Assembly: GCA_964646435.1 (NCBI GenBank)
Contig: CAZYEJ010000001.1
Span: 4,912-68,911 of the forward strand
DNA: 64,000 nt
DNA from: an uncultured Thermodesulfobacteriaceae bacterium
GTDB taxonomy: Bacteria; Desulfobacterota; Dissulfuribacteria; Dissulfuribacterales; UBA3076
Reading direction: 5' to 3'
The notes below the pieces were generated by a model. It had not been told where the DNA came from, made no database searches, and saw only the letters and a list, made by a program, of their open reading frames with translations. How positions within the stretch are numbered: position 1 is the first letter of the stretch; each line of letters starts with the position of its first letter. The position numbers and the translations under genes are program-made. Positions 47,303 through 57,754 of this stretch are shown here, piece by piece.

Positions 47303-47917
47303 ATGAAGATGGAATCGACAACCAAGATTTTTGAAAGGCCATTTGAGAAACTCCTGGAAGAATCTGTCCGGATTCATGGGCATCTGTGTGCCGGTCAGGT
47401 CCTTGGGGTGCGGCTTGCCATACTGGGATTACGTCTGCTGGGCATAGATGATCCAAAGGGTGAGGACCGCAAGTCTTTTATGGTCTATGTGGAAATTGAC
47501 CGGTGTGCCACTGATGCCATACAATCTGTTACCGGATGTTCCCTTGGAAAACGCTCTTTGAGATGGGTGGACTATGGGATAATGGCAGCGACCTTTGTGC
47601 ACTTGAAGACAGGTAAGGCTTTCAGGATAGTCGCCAAAGAAGAGTCAAGAGAGCTTTCACGGAAGTATTGCCCGGAAATAGAGGACAAGTACAGGTGTCA
47701 ATTGAAGGCCTATAAGCTGATGAGTGATGATGAGCTCTTCAAGGTACAGGAAGTCAGAGTGGAAGTGCCTGCCTCTGACCTGCCAGGAAGACCAATCAGA
47801 AGGGTGCAGTGTGAGTCCTGTGGTGACTATGTGCAGGACTGCAGGGAAGTGGAGAAGGACGACGGCAAGGTGTTATGTCGAGCCTGCGCACACGGTGCTT
47901 ACTATAAGGTTTTGTAA
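47303..47917 (+). CDS. FmdE-family protein with a C-terminal zinc ribbon
   Basis: HGHLCAGQVLGVRLA and EIDRCATDAIQ are FmdE-like. The C-terminus has CESCG...CRAC. Confidence 0.75.
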   Translation: MKMESTTKIFERPFEKLLEESVRIHGHLCAGQVLGVRLAILGLRLLGIDDPKGEDRKSFMVYVEIDRCATDAIQSVTGCSLGKRSLRWVDYGIMAATFVHLKTGKAFRIVAKEESRELSRKYCPEIEDKYRCQLKAYKLMSDDELFKVQEVRVEVPASDLPGRPIRRVQCESCGDYVQDCREVEKDDGKVLCRACAHGAYYKVL

Positions 47918-47936
47918 GAGGACCGAAGGTATTCGA

Positions 47937-48968
47937 ATGGGCTTAAAGATAGTTTCTGTAACCAATGCAGTGGGGATGGTCCTCCCCCATGATATGACTG
48001 AGATAATCCCTGGGGGAAAAAAAGGTCCTGCCTTCAAAAAAGGTTATGTGATTAAGGATAGCGACATATCCCATTTGCAGCGCATGGGGAAAAATCACAT
48101 CTACGTGTTGGAGCTCTCAGGGAATGAACTACATGAAGATGAAGCAGCGCTTACCATGGCACAGGCTATAGCCGGTCCTGGCATTGAATATGACAACCAG
48201 CCATCTGAAGGCAAAGTAGGTTTTCGCGCAGAGGCAAAAGGTCTGTTACAGGTAGACTGCCGGAACTTGTTGGCCTTTAATCTTCTTGGGGAGGTAATGC
48301 TGGCCACTTGCCATGATAACACAGTGGTCAAAAAGGGCGATCTTGTGGCCGCAGGCAGGGCAATACCGTTTGTGGTGCCTAAGCCGGTAGTGGATGAGGC
48401 GGTGTCCATCGCCTCAAATGCTGGCGGGCTCATCAGAGTCCTGCCCTGGAAAATTCGAAGAGGTGCCGTTTTAGTTACGGGTCAAGAGGTATTTGAGGGT
48501 CGCATAAAGGACGCCTTCGGCCCAATAATGAAGGAAAAACTTAAGGACTACGGCGTTGATGTGCTATCGGTTTCTTTGGTCCCTGATGATGTGGGGATAA
48601 TCCTGGAAGAGATAAAAAAAGCCCTTGGGCTGGGGGCCGAGTTGATACTATGTACAGGAGGAATGTCAGTTGACCCGGATGACGTGACCCGTGTGGCAAT
48701 CAGGGAAGCCGGTGCAACGAATATAGTGTATGGTAGTCCGGTTTTACCAGGGGCCATGTTTCTGGTGAGTTATATCGGGGATGTGCCTGTCCTTGGGATT
48801 CCGGCCTGTGCCATGTATTTCCGCACCACAGTATTGGATCTGGTGCTTCCCAGGATATTGGCAGGTGAACGCATAGACCGGGAAAAAATTGCGGCCCTGG
48901 GCCATGGTGGACTATGTTTTAGCTGCAAGACGTGTAATTATCCACTGTGTCCTTTTGGCAAAGGGTGA
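47937..48968 (+). CDS. Molybdopterin-binding (MoCF_BD/MoeA-like) domain protein
   Basis: LVPDDVGIILEEIKKALGLGAELILCTGGMSVDPDDVT is the MoCF-binding pattern. The ATG at 47937 is preferred; the track start at 47724 overlaps fmdE by 194 nt. Confidence 0.7.
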   Translation: MGLKIVSVTNAVGMVLPHDMTEIIPGGKKGPAFKKGYVIKDSDISHLQRMGKNHIYVLELSGNELHEDEAALTMAQAIAGPGIEYDNQPSEGKVGFRAEAKGLLQVDCRNLLAFNLLGEVMLATCHDNTVVKKGDLVAAGRAIPFVVPKPVVDEAVSIASNAGGLIRVLPWKIRRGAVLVTGQEVFEGRIKDAFGPIMKEKLKDYGVDVLSVSLVPDDVGIILEEIKKALGLGAELILCTGGMSVDPDDVTRVAIREAGATNIVYGSPVLPGAMFLVSYIGDVPVLGIPACAMYFRTTVLDLVLPRILAGERIDREKIAALGHGGLCFSCKTCNYPLCPFGKG

Positions 48969-49112
48969 AAAAATAACATAGACGGATGCCAGCCATTAGC
49001 TGTCAGCCGTTAGCTATTAGGTAAAATTATGTATAAAAACGGACTGTTAAGCTAAAACATAACGGCTAATAGCTAATCGGATAGGTCATATTTTTTGAGG
49101 TATATTACTCCT

Positions 49113-49151
49113 AAAAGTGTAAACTATTTTTGGCTTGCTATGAAGGATGCC
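49113..49151 (+). repeat. Solo copy of the right TIR of the 51353 element
   Basis: aaaagtgtaaactatttttggcttgctatgaaggatgcc compared with aaaagtgtaaactacttttgggatgatatgaaggatgcc at 51507-51545. Confidence 0.6.
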
Positions 49152-49284
49152 GATAACTCTACTGAAGTATATTGTAGGTTGGGTTAAGCTGTCGGTCTGT
49201 AACTAATTTTGTTGGGTTCGCTAATTTTGTAGTGATTTCAGTCAGAAAATAGTCTCTAATTCATAATTTTTTAAGGATACCGGT

Positions 49285-49584
49285 ATGTTCATACTAAGCA
49301 ACTTTATGCATTCTATCGCCACCATCGTCGACATTGTTCTCAATCTCTACATATGGATATTGATTGCCAGGGCCATCTTGTCCTGGGTCAATCCTGATCC
49401 CTATAATCCCATAGTAAAATTTTTGTATAACATAACCGAACCTTTAATGTACCGGGTTCGACGCATACTTCCTTTACAGTTTGGGGGAATTGATTTAACC
49501 CCTATGGTGATCATTATCGCAATAATCTTTTTGCGTAGTTTTATCGTGCCGACACTTCATCAGTTGGCCTATCAGATTTCTTAA
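49285..49584 (+). CDS. yggT: YggT-family membrane protein
   Basis: ARAILSWVNPDPYNPI... pattern, size, and position next to divIVA. Confidence 0.85.
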   Translation: MFILSNFMHSIATIVDIVLNLYIWILIARAILSWVNPDPYNPIVKFLYNITEPLMYRVRRILPLQFGGIDLTPMVIIIAIIFLRSFIVPTLHQLAYQIS

Positions 49585-49593
49585 AGGTGTTAT

Positions 49594-50271
49594 ATGAGTC
49601 TCTCCCCGAACGAAATACTTGAGAAGGAATTCCGCTCCAGATTCCGGGGTTACGATTCCGACGAAGTAGACTCTTTTCTTGAGGAAATAAGTGAGATTAT
49701 GACTTCTCTGATTAAAGAGAAGAATGCCCTGAAGGACCAATTGATTGCATATAAGGGTCAATTGGCAGATATGAAAAAGAGGGAAGAGGATTTCAGGGAT
49801 GCCCTGACCTCGGCTCACAAGTTATCAGAGAAAATGAAGTCACAGGCCGAAAAAGATGTAGAGCTCATGCATGAGAGGGCAAAACTGGATGCAGAGCGTA
49901 TAGTTGCTGATGCCCATCAGGAGGCCGTTCAATTGGAGGAGCGAATAATGGGGCTCAGACGTATTCAGAGGGAGACTGCATATAAAATACGCTCTGTTCT
50001 CGAGGGCTATCTGAGGGTCATAGACGAGGAGGCCTTGCCGCCGGAGGAGGTCGATCAGACATTAAACCTTGCGGCATCTGAAATGAGAGCTATTCAGGAG
50101 GTCCCCGGTGATCTGTCTGAAGAGATGAATACTGTTTCCGGTAATACAGAGGAGACAATCGCAGTAAACATGCCTTTTTCACCTGATATTCTGGGGAAAT
50201 CCGCCAATGAAGAAGGGCATGAGACTGATTCCTGGGAGGAGAAACCAGGACAGGGTCCAAAGCTGGACTGA
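49594..50271 (+). CDS. divIVA: DivIVA-domain protein
   Basis: LSPNEILEKEFRSRFRGYDSDEVDSFLEEI N-terminal DivIVA motif followed by coiled coil. Confidence 0.85.
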   Translation: MSLSPNEILEKEFRSRFRGYDSDEVDSFLEEISEIMTSLIKEKNALKDQLIAYKGQLADMKKREEDFRDALTSAHKLSEKMKSQAEKDVELMHERAKLDAERIVADAHQEAVQLEERIMGLRRIQRETAYKIRSVLEGYLRVIDEEALPPEEVDQTLNLAASEMRAIQEVPGDLSEEMNTVSGNTEETIAVNMPFSPDILGKSANEEGHETDSWEEKPGQGPKLD

Positions 50272-50319
50272 AATAATCTGAAAGCTCAAAGAACTGTCGT
50301 AATCAACGCTTTTGGGCTT

Positions 50320-51357
50320 TCAGCTTATCTGCGTATTCAGTAAGGTTTCGTAAAAATGTCTGAGCAACTCCTTTACTTCATCAATTGATTTAGTGTTATT
50401 CAGGGATTTTCTGAATAGCGCACTCCCGTGAAGGCCTTTGGTGTACCAGGCCAAGTGTTTTCGGGAAAGCCACAACCCCACTGGAAGTCCATAGAAGTCA
50501 ACAATGTGCTCAAAATGTTTTTTTGCTACGGCATATTGATTGTCAAGACCTGGAGGTCTTTTGTCCTCGCCTGTTTTCAGGAAATGGAGTGTCTGATCGA
50601 ATAACCAGGGCCTTCCAAGGGCACCTCTTCCTATCATGATCCCGTCCGCCCCTGAGACATCAAGGCAAAGGCTTGCATCCTTCGGACTTTGGATGTCACC
50701 GTTTGCAATTACAGGAATAGACACAGCCTCCTTTACTTCTCTGATTGCCGGCCAGTCAGCTTTTCCAGAGAACATCCGGCTGCGGGTCCTGCCATGGACC
50801 GTAACAAGGGAAGCGCCGGAATCCTGGGCGATTTTGGCAATTTTGGCTGCATTTATGCTTCTGTGATCCCAACCCAGACGGATCTTGACAGTAACAGGTA
50901 CACTAACCGCTTTTACAATTGCCTCTATGACCTTTCCAACCAGCACCTCATCACGCATTAGGCTTGCACCGGCCCCGGTCTTTACAATTTTACGCTGTGG
51001 ACACCCCATATTTATGTCAATTATTGCTGCGCCAAGGGACTCGTTAATCCGGGCGGCTTCAGCCATGACAACCGGGTCTGATCCTGAGATCTGCACCGCC
51101 AGGGGAAATTCCTTTTCAGCAGTGCCGGCCATGCGGACAGATCGAACGCTGTTACGTATAAGGGCTTGGGAAGCTATCATCTCACTTATTACTAATCCCG
51201 CCCCGAAGGATCCGGCAAGGCACCTGAAAGGATAGTCCGTAATCCCTGCCATCGGGGCAAGGAACACAGGATTGGGCAGAACCACCGAGCCTATTTTTAA
51301 GGTTTGTAGATCATGATTTTTAACCATTTTTTTTATGATCCTGATAGAACGCGGCAT
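50320..51357 (-). CDS. dusB: tRNA-dihydrouridine synthase B
   Basis: [21 protein letters not shown] and a GR..L..PWLF-type motif ([14 protein letters not shown]). Confidence 0.88.
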   Translation of the reverse strand: MPRSIRIIKKMVKNHDLQTLKIGSVVLPNPVFLAPMAGITDYPFRCLAGSFGAGLVISEMIASQALIRNSVRSVRMAGTAEKEFPLAVQISGSDPVVMAEAARINESLGAAIIDINMGCPQRKIVKTGAGASLMRDEVLVGKVIEAIVKAVSVPVTVKIRLGWDHRSINAAKIAKIAQDSGASLVTVHGRTRSRMFSGKADWPAIREVKEAVSIPVIANGDIQSPKDASLCLDVSGADGIMIGRGALGRPWLFDQTLHFLKTGEDKRPPGLDNQYAVAKKHFEHIVDFYGLPVGLWLSRKHLAWYTKGLHGSALFRKSLNNTKSIDEVKELLRHFYETLLNTQIS

Positions 51358-51545
51358 CCTTCATTCTGTAGTTTACACTTTTCGAGGTTGGTTTTTTAGT
51401 CATCCATTTTAAATATCGAACCGCAGAACAAGGAACCGGAGAATTTCGAAGGTATTATTTCGACATTCGATATTTCTTGTTCGATATTCTGCGGTTCAAA
51501 AAAATAAAAAGTGTAAACTACTTTTGGGATGATATGAAGGATGCC
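51353..51545. mobile_element. MITE-like palindromic element (about 190 bp) with long TIRs and an inner hairpin
   Basis: TIRs ggcatccttcattctgtagtttacactttt / aaaagtgtaaactacttttgggatgatatgaaggatgcc. Inner arms gaaccgcagaacaag / cttgttcgatattctgcggttc. The left TIR contains the dusB ATG. Confidence 0.6.
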
Positions 51546-51594
51546 TAGAACGCTAATATTTCAATTCATATAAATTTACAATAAGGGTCATATC

Positions 51595-51717
51595 ATGACA
51601 AACCAAAAAGTCCTCGTGGTAGACGATGAAGAAGATATCCCGGAGCTACTGATTTATTTCCCTCCCTCCAGGCCCTTAGGAGCCAGGCAATTAATTCTGG
51701 AATTATTGACGAATTAA
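51595..51717 (+). pseudogene. Response-regulator receiver domain N-terminal fragment (40 codons)
   Basis: MTNQKVLVVDDEEDIPELL is a canonical receiver start. The reading frame then degenerates and stops. Confidence 0.5.
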
Positions 51718-51761
51718 CATGGGAAAAAGGGATAGAGGTAGATTATATTTGCGACTATTCA

Positions 51762-51833
51762 CTAGATTCCTGCTTTCGCAGGAATGACGGGCAGTTATAT
51801 CCAAATGTCATTCCGGCGAAAGCCGGAATCTAG
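51762..51833. repeat. Double-hairpin REP-like unit
   Basis: attcctgc-tttc-gcaggaat and attccggc-gaa-agccggaat, enclosed by ctagattcc / ggaatctag. Confidence 0.6.
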
Positions 51834-51908
51834 ACATCTTACCCGGAGTTATTGAGAAGTTACGCGGCTTGTGAGCCCTGACGTTGTCTTCTTTATTCTC
51901 TGCTTGCC

Positions 51909-52871
51909 TTAAAAATGATGGACCCAGCGAAGATTGAACCGGGTTCCATCAGGACGATTTTCAGCACAGGATTCAAAATAGGTATTGAAAAAAAGATGAT
52001 CATTTTGGGAAAAATGATAGAGCAATCCAGGACCGATTCCCAGAACCCGCTCCCTGGAATTGGAAACATCATTACCATCCATCTCGGTATCAGTAATTTG
52101 TTTAAGGTAATAACCGTTGATTCCAATCCTTAGACGTTTTTCAAGAATTTCGTAGGCCATGGTAAAATTTGCATGAATAGCTTGACCAGCTCGTGTGTCG
52201 TCGGCTCCCGAGGCCCATCTTCCGGGGTCATTGTTTTTGCTATTCCAGAGGTAATGAATACGTGTGCTTGCTGTCAATTTTGGGCTAAGAAATAGAGTGC
52301 ATGCCCAGTAAGGATTGAATGAAAAAAAATTGCTGCCGGGATTGAGTTCTTTGTTTTGGCTATACTCTCCTGTGGGGAATATCATCTGAAACTCTATCCT
52401 GTGCATAAAAATTGGTCCATTTTTTCCCATAATAGGATCCCATTGCAAAAAAGGACCGATAAGAATATCTCCTAAGCCAGAACCATTGTCCTGGGGAAAG
52501 GCGGAATTAGAAGTATCATAGTCCAAATCAAGAGCCACAACGGGAATAATAACATCAAGCCCCCATTTGCCACCTAAAAATATATCCTGATTCGACTGGT
52601 AGATGAACTGTGAAAGGCTGATCCAGGCATTTAAATCTTCATCTGCAAATGAGGGCAGAGCACTATCGCCATCCTGGTCAGTGAAATGTTCTGAATGCCA
52701 ATACTGAAGGTACTGTGTGAAGTAAAATCCCGGTCCGGCAGGAGGGCCTCCGTCAAGAAAGCTTGTAAATCCCAGATTGACCGCTGGTAAATCATAGGCC
52801 TGGGACGTTGTACCCGGCATTATCATTATCACTACAAAAAACAAAAAAGATATCATATTGCGTCGTATCAT
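51909..52871 (-). CDS. Outer-membrane beta-barrel protein, 'MetA-pathway of phenol degradation'-like transporter family
   Basis: Signal peptide ending TTSQA, then [19 protein letters not shown]... and a C-terminal aromatic residue. The start at 52871 is preferred over the track start at 52928. Confidence 0.7.
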   Translation of the reverse strand: MIRRNMISFLFFVVIMIMPGTTSQAYDLPAVNLGFTSFLDGGPPAGPGFYFTQYLQYWHSEHFTDQDGDSALPSFADEDLNAWISLSQFIYQSNQDIFLGGKWGLDVIIPVVALDLDYDTSNSAFPQDNGSGLGDILIGPFLQWDPIMGKNGPIFMHRIEFQMIFPTGEYSQNKELNPGSNFFSFNPYWACTLFLSPKLTASTRIHYLWNSKNNDPGRWASGADDTRAGQAIHANFTMAYEILEKRLRIGINGYYLKQITDTEMDGNDVSNSRERVLGIGPGLLYHFSQNDHLFFNTYFESCAENRPDGTRFNLRWVHHF

Positions 52872-52890
52872 ATTCAAATCCCTTCTCGCA

Positions 52891-53157
52891 TCACGATTTT
52901 TCTTTCTTCCTCTGTTTCGCCTGTTCAATCAAGTTTACCAGGCTTTCAACTTTAGGTCTTGGGAGAGCAAATATTCGGTCAAGCTCTTCATTCGAGTAAT
53001 GGTCTTCCAGAAACTTATTGATATCCATCCGCTTGTGCCAGCAACCGATTATCCATCCACAAGGAAACATGTTATTCTCGGAACGGCAGAACTTAAAATT
53101 GACGTCGCCGCCTACCCTGGGGCATCGAATTATCTTATCATCGTACTGTTCAATCAT
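52891..53157 (-). CDS. Small Cys-containing hypothetical protein (88 aa)
   Basis: ORF only. Cysteines in CPRVGG...FCRS...FPCGWIIGC suggest metal or redox binding. Confidence 0.45.
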   Translation of the reverse strand: MIEQYDDKIIRCPRVGGDVNFKFCRSENNMFPCGWIIGCWHKRMDINKFLEDHYSNEELDRIFALPRPKVESLVNLIEQAKQRKKEKS

Positions 53158-53231
53158 TTTTTTTGCCCTCTATGGTAAAAAGACGCACCCACAGTTCTTA
53201 ATGCTGTAAGTGCGCCGCCAAGACATCGTTC

Positions 53232-54596
53232 TCAAGTCGGTATCTTGGGCAGATCGGCCAGGGCCTTCTTTACGTCTTCCTCGGGATAAGCATAATTCAC
53301 CAGCTCACCTGACAGGTACCTATCATAGGCGGCAAGGTCAAAGTGCCCATGCCCGCTGTGGGCTATCAGGATTGTTTTTGCTTCGCCGGATTCTTTGCAT
53401 TTAAGGGCTTCATCAATGGCCACCCTGATATTGTGACATGGCTCAGGTCCTGAAATAATTCCCTCGGTGCGGGCAAATTGTATCCCGGCCTCAAAGGTAG
53501 GAAGCTGGACCGTGGCTACGGCCTCAACCAGACCCAGTTCACGAAGGTGACATATAATGGGCGCCATCCCATGATAGCGCAATCCGCCGGCATGGACCGG
53601 GGGCGGAATAAAACCGTGGCCCAAGGTATGCATTTTGAGCAGAGGAGTCATCCCGACCGCGTCACCAAAGTCATATGCATATAATCCCCTGGTCACGGTA
53701 GGGCAGCTTTCAGGCTCAACACAGATGATGCGCAGATCCGGCTTTTCCCCGCTGATCTTATCTCTGATCCAGGGTAGGAATTGGCCGGCGTAGTTAGAGC
53801 CCCCGCCAATGTTACCCACGATAATATCGGGATAGGCATCTGCCATCTCCATCTGCTTCCTTGTCTCCTCCCCTATGATGGTCTGGTGGAGCAGGACATG
53901 GTTGAGCACACTGCCCAGAGAGTAGTGGGTGTCATCACGACTCAAGGCCTCCTCTACTGCTTCACTTATGGCGAGTCCCAGGCTGCCGGGACAATCGGGC
54001 CATCTCTCCAGCATATCTCTTCCTGCTTGGGTTTCCGTGCTGGGGCTGGGTATACACTTGGCCCCCCAGACCTCCATTGCTATTCGGCGATACGGCTTCT
54101 GGTCGTAACTGATCCTGACCATATAGACCTTGATTTCCACATCAAAGAACGCACCGGACATGCTCAGGGCACTTCCCCACTGCCCGGCGCCGGTCTCGGT
54201 AACTATGCGTTTGATGCCTTCCTTCATGTTATAATAGCACTGGGCTGTAGCACTATTGGGCTTATGGCTTCCGGCCTGGTTTGTTCCTTCATATTTGTAA
54301 AAAATCTTTGCAGGCGTGTCCAATGCCTTCTCCAGACGATATGCCCGGTGCAACACTGTCGGCCGCCAGGTACGGTATATATCCTGCACTTCCTCGGGGA
54401 TCTCAATCCAGCGCTCGGTGCTTACCTCCTGCATAATACACTCCATGGGAAATAGCGGAGCCAGATCATCAGGGGTTACCGGCTGGCCCGTTCCTGGGTG
54501 CAAAACCGGTGGTAAGGGCTCCGGCAAATCGGCCTGGATGTTATACCAGTGAGTCGGCATATCCTTTTGGTCAAGAAAAAACATTGCTCTCTTCAT
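53232..54596 (-). CDS. TrpB-like PLP-dependent enzyme (TrpB2 class)
   Basis: N-terminus [27 protein letters not shown] (PLP Lys) and GGGSN motifs. Confidence 0.88.
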   Translation of the reverse strand: MKRAMFFLDQKDMPTHWYNIQADLPEPLPPVLHPGTGQPVTPDDLAPLFPMECIMQEVSTERWIEIPEEVQDIYRTWRPTVLHRAYRLEKALDTPAKIFYKYEGTNQAGSHKPNSATAQCYYNMKEGIKRIVTETGAGQWGSALSMSGAFFDVEIKVYMVRISYDQKPYRRIAMEVWGAKCIPSPSTETQAGRDMLERWPDCPGSLGLAISEAVEEALSRDDTHYSLGSVLNHVLLHQTIIGEETRKQMEMADAYPDIIVGNIGGGSNYAGQFLPWIRDKISGEKPDLRIICVEPESCPTVTRGLYAYDFGDAVGMTPLLKMHTLGHGFIPPPVHAGGLRYHGMAPIICHLRELGLVEAVATVQLPTFEAGIQFARTEGIISGPEPCHNIRVAIDEALKCKESGEAKTILIAHSGHGHFDLAAYDRYLSGELVNYAYPEEDVKKALADLPKIPT

Positions 54597-54866
54597 TCTT
54601 TCTCCTTGTCTTTGTACTGTCAGTTTTTCGTTGAAAATTTGGGCTCGTAGACAAATATTGAAGGCTACTATTCAATATAATCGCTTTGCGATTTCATATG
54701 GTGAAGTCCGCAAGCCAAAATCCCATTGAATGGGAGTATCGCCACCAAAAAACCATTGAAATGTATATAGTAGCCAGAGGTATTTGTACAATATAGGAAT
54801 CGCAATTGCCCAGCAAAACGTCTGTGAAATTAATGTGTTCGGCGCTTAAAGTCAAAGGGAATTTTC

Positions 54867-55586
54867 TCATATTGCATCCAGGTATTTATTTCTATCCTCC
54901 ATAAAGCCCTTGTATATCCGGTACAGTTCTGTCTCTTCGTAATCAACCTGTTTAACCGGCACATGGTCGAAGCTGTAAATTTTTGCCCCAGGACATGCCA
55001 GGAGGATTGGAGAATGAGTGGCGATGATAAATTGGGCATGCCCGGCCTGGCCCATGTCCTTGAGCAACGCAAGCAAATCCAATTGGCTTTTCGGTGAGAG
55101 AGCTGTCTCCGGTTCGTCCATAAAGTAAATCCCTTTAATTTTGTAGCGAGCCTTAAAAAACGACATAAGGGACTGGCCGTGGGATTGAGTCAGTAAAGAT
55201 TTCCCCCCAAAATACTCAAGTGATCCAGGATCTGCCGCTGCCCATTCGTCCAATATTTGGGCAAAATTCCGGAATACCTGGGATGCAAAAAATGACCCGT
55301 GTACAGGACCATCAGTCCATTCGACATCAATAGCCTCATACAGCCTTTGCTCATATAAGTTGACTTTCAAGCGTTTTCTCTCAATGCGTCCCCATATATA
55401 TATGCCGCATTTATGAGTTATGGCTTCAAGCAAAGTCGATTTTCCGGTTCCATTTTCTCCTACAAAGAATGTCACTGGCGAATCGAACAAAATGCTTTTT
55501 GTCTCATAAAAAATGTTCAGGTTAAAAGGATAGTGTTCTGTTGTAGGAAATTTTTCGGGATGAAGATTGACTCTCTTCATATGCAT
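54867..55586 (-). CDS. Stand-alone ABC/SMC-like AAA ATPase (239 aa)
   Basis: Walker A GENGTGKSTLLEAI, an SHGQS signature-like motif, Walker B IYFMDEPE, and a downstream H-loop (ATHSP). Confidence 0.7.
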   Translation of the reverse strand: MHMKRVNLHPEKFPTTEHYPFNLNIFYETKSILFDSPVTFFVGENGTGKSTLLEAITHKCGIYIWGRIERKRLKVNLYEQRLYEAIDVEWTDGPVHGSFFASQVFRNFAQILDEWAAADPGSLEYFGGKSLLTQSHGQSLMSFFKARYKIKGIYFMDEPETALSPKSQLDLLALLKDMGQAGHAQFIIATHSPILLACPGAKIYSFDHVPVKQVDYEETELYRIYKGFMEDRNKYLDAI

Positions 55587-55653
55587 ACCAATATCTCCAA
55601 ACGTTTAAATCAGCAGCGTGCTCCAGCGCGCGGGCTGAATTTGTCTTTAGACT

Positions 55654-56307
55654 TTATGAAATTCCCAATAGTTTCAGGCCATCACGAAAAAGAACAATTG
55701 CTAATATACATAATAATAAACCAAGAAAACGCATTATGTAGATGTATGCATTGCCGGCTAAAAATGATCTGGACTTGCCAACTAATAAAGCTATCATAAT
55801 TTTTGATCCAACAAGCAAGGCATAAAAACTGCCGATGAAAGCAAGAGGAGCAAAAATGCCTTGGTTCATTGCTTTGGTTACTATTGGCGCCCCGACACTA
55901 AACCAAAATAGATAAGGATGAGGGTTTAAGGCATTGGCTAGTATTCCTTTTGTCAATGAGTTGGGCCTAATCCTCTGAGAGTTCAGTTCTATTCCTTTCG
56001 TATGTATACTTTGATAACCCAGACATAAGATAAAAAAACCACCCATGCATGAAATAATTCCTAACACGTTATGGAAATTGGATAACTTTACCAATATGAA
56101 TAAAGTTAAAATGATAATTGGCAAGTCAGTGATAATTGGAGCAAGAGCGACCTTAAAACCAGCTTTTATATTGTGTTGAAGAGTTTCAGAAATTACAAGG
56201 GCAAGAAGTGGTCCCGGGGCAAAACCTGCTGATATGCCTAATATAGATCCTATAGCCAAGAAATTTACCATTGAAGATGATATTGCTCGATTAGATTCAT
56301 CAGACAT
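55654..56307 (-). CDS. LysE-family amino-acid exporter
   Basis: Six-TM pattern, with GPLLALVISETL near the N-terminus and NPHPYLFW in the middle. Confidence 0.82.
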   Translation of the reverse strand: MSDESNRAISSSMVNFLAIGSILGISAGFAPGPLLALVISETLQHNIKAGFKVALAPIITDLPIIILTLFILVKLSNFHNVLGIISCMGGFFILCLGYQSIHTKGIELNSQRIRPNSLTKGILANALNPHPYLFWFSVGAPIVTKAMNQGIFAPLAFIGSFYALLVGSKIMIALLVGKSRSFLAGNAYIYIMRFLGLLLCILAIVLFRDGLKLLGIS

Positions 56308-56789
56308 TAATCCCGATTTTATTTTCCAGCGAACGCTACAGTAACCCGCCTGGAGTGACGCTCGCGCTCGACCCGATCCTGTTGAGCCGGTTGTGTACGC
56401 CCGGCATGGGCGTAAACCCCGCTATTCTACTTTCAGTTCAGGATAACGAAAGTACCTGCCGAAGGCAAGCGCTGCTCACGACCAATGGCGTGAGTATCGC
56501 GCTCCAGCACATCCAAGTCCCCGGTTTTGGCTATCTCCCAGATCATATGCATATGTTCTCGGTTAAGCCTTCTCAATTCGCCGAACATTTCGTCTGTTTT
56601 CATCGTTTTGCCCTTACCCTTTCATGCTCATAGGCTTCGTAGAATCGCCCTCTTTGCCGTCGGTCAAACGGCACTAACTACCATGGCCCTTTTGAGGTAA
56701 TAGATCTAAGATTACCTGGTTTGACAACCGGATGCATTCCACCTATATTTATACCTGATGTTGTACTATTGTATAAAAAGAGGTGAATC

Positions 56790-57104
56790 ATGCAGAGCGC
56801 CACTCTTCATATAAAGGTAAAACCGGAAGTTGCAAAAGGATTGAAGGCCTTATCAAGGAAAAGGAATACCTCTGTGGGAGAACTTGTCAGGCAGGCTGTC
56901 ATATCAAGTTATCAACTTGAACTTATTTCTTCTCTTAATACCCGTCAGAAACGTGCACTTGAGGCATATCAAGGCGGCTACATCAGTCTGTCCAGGCTCG
57001 CTGATGAAATGGGAATGAATATATGGGATATAAGGACTTGGCTGCAGGAGCATAATATCCCGCAGAACAACTCATTTCTCGAAGAGGATGTAAGGAATGC
57101 GTAG
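56790..57104 (+). CDS. Antitoxin-like protein: RHH-type N-terminus plus UPF0175-like C-terminus
   Basis: The KVKPEVAKGLKALSRKRNTSVGELVRQAV ribbon-helix-helix pattern is followed by ISLSRLADEMGMNIWDIRTWLQEHNIP. An 8-bp overlap with the PIN-like gene. Confidence 0.65.
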   Translation: MQSATLHIKVKPEVAKGLKALSRKRNTSVGELVRQAVISSYQLELISSLNTRQKRALEAYQGGYISLSRLADEMGMNIWDIRTWLQEHNIPQNNSFLEEDVRNA

Positions 57105-57594
57105 GAGAAAATGGACATTTGATACTGTTGTCCTCAGTAATTTTCTCCTGTCAGATTCGCTGTTCCTTATTGAGAAACGCTATAACGGGAAAGGATTTAT
57201 TACCAGCGAGGTATATGGTGAACTTTCCGCCGGATTTACCTCATATCCTCAACTCCAACATGTGGACAAATTTCTTGATAGCGGAGCTTTTGAGCTTACT
57301 TCGCTATCAAGAAAAGAACTCAAAATCTACAAGCAGCTCATAGGCCACCTGGGTCGAGGTGAAGCCTCTTGTATCGCTATTGCTGATAATCGAAACACAA
57401 TAATGGTTTTAGACGATCGTGCCGCAAGAAGCCAGTGTATACAGATGAACATCCCGGTCACAGGAACAATAGGCATTCTCAAAACTTCCGTAATAGGTGG
57501 TCTTCTGACCACTGCTAAGGCAGATAAAATACTCCCAAAAATGGTTGAAAAAGGTTTCTATTCCCCGGTCAGGAGCATGGCGGATATAACATAG
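57097..57594 (+). CDS. DUF3368-type PIN-like nuclease (toxin-like)
   Basis: D at the N-terminus (FDTVVLSNF), GEASCIAIA, LDDRAAR and TGTIGIL motifs. Confidence 0.68.
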   Translation: MRRRKWTFDTVVLSNFLLSDSLFLIEKRYNGKGFITSEVYGELSAGFTSYPQLQHVDKFLDSGAFELTSLSRKELKIYKQLIGHLGRGEASCIAIADNRNTIMVLDDRAARSQCIQMNIPVTGTIGILKTSVIGGLLTTAKADKILPKMVEKGFYSPVRSMADIT

Positions 57595-57754
57595 CCAGCG
57601 CACGATTTTTCGAGAGCAGATATTTACCATCTCGAGCATGAAAACTCGCCACCCGCTCGCTGTGCTCACTCGACACACGCAGACGAACACAGACTCGGGG
57701 CATCCCTTGACGGGCTTATCCAGCCGTTAGTGGAGAAACGCTTGAGAGAGGCAT

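Noticed and set aside
56355-56633. Plus-strand 92-aa ORF in the GC-rich spacer between lysE and the TA pair.
   Set aside because: No motif or RBS. The opposite strand has an equally weak 56-aa ORF. I treat the region as unresolved, possibly a gene remnant, and not as a CDS.
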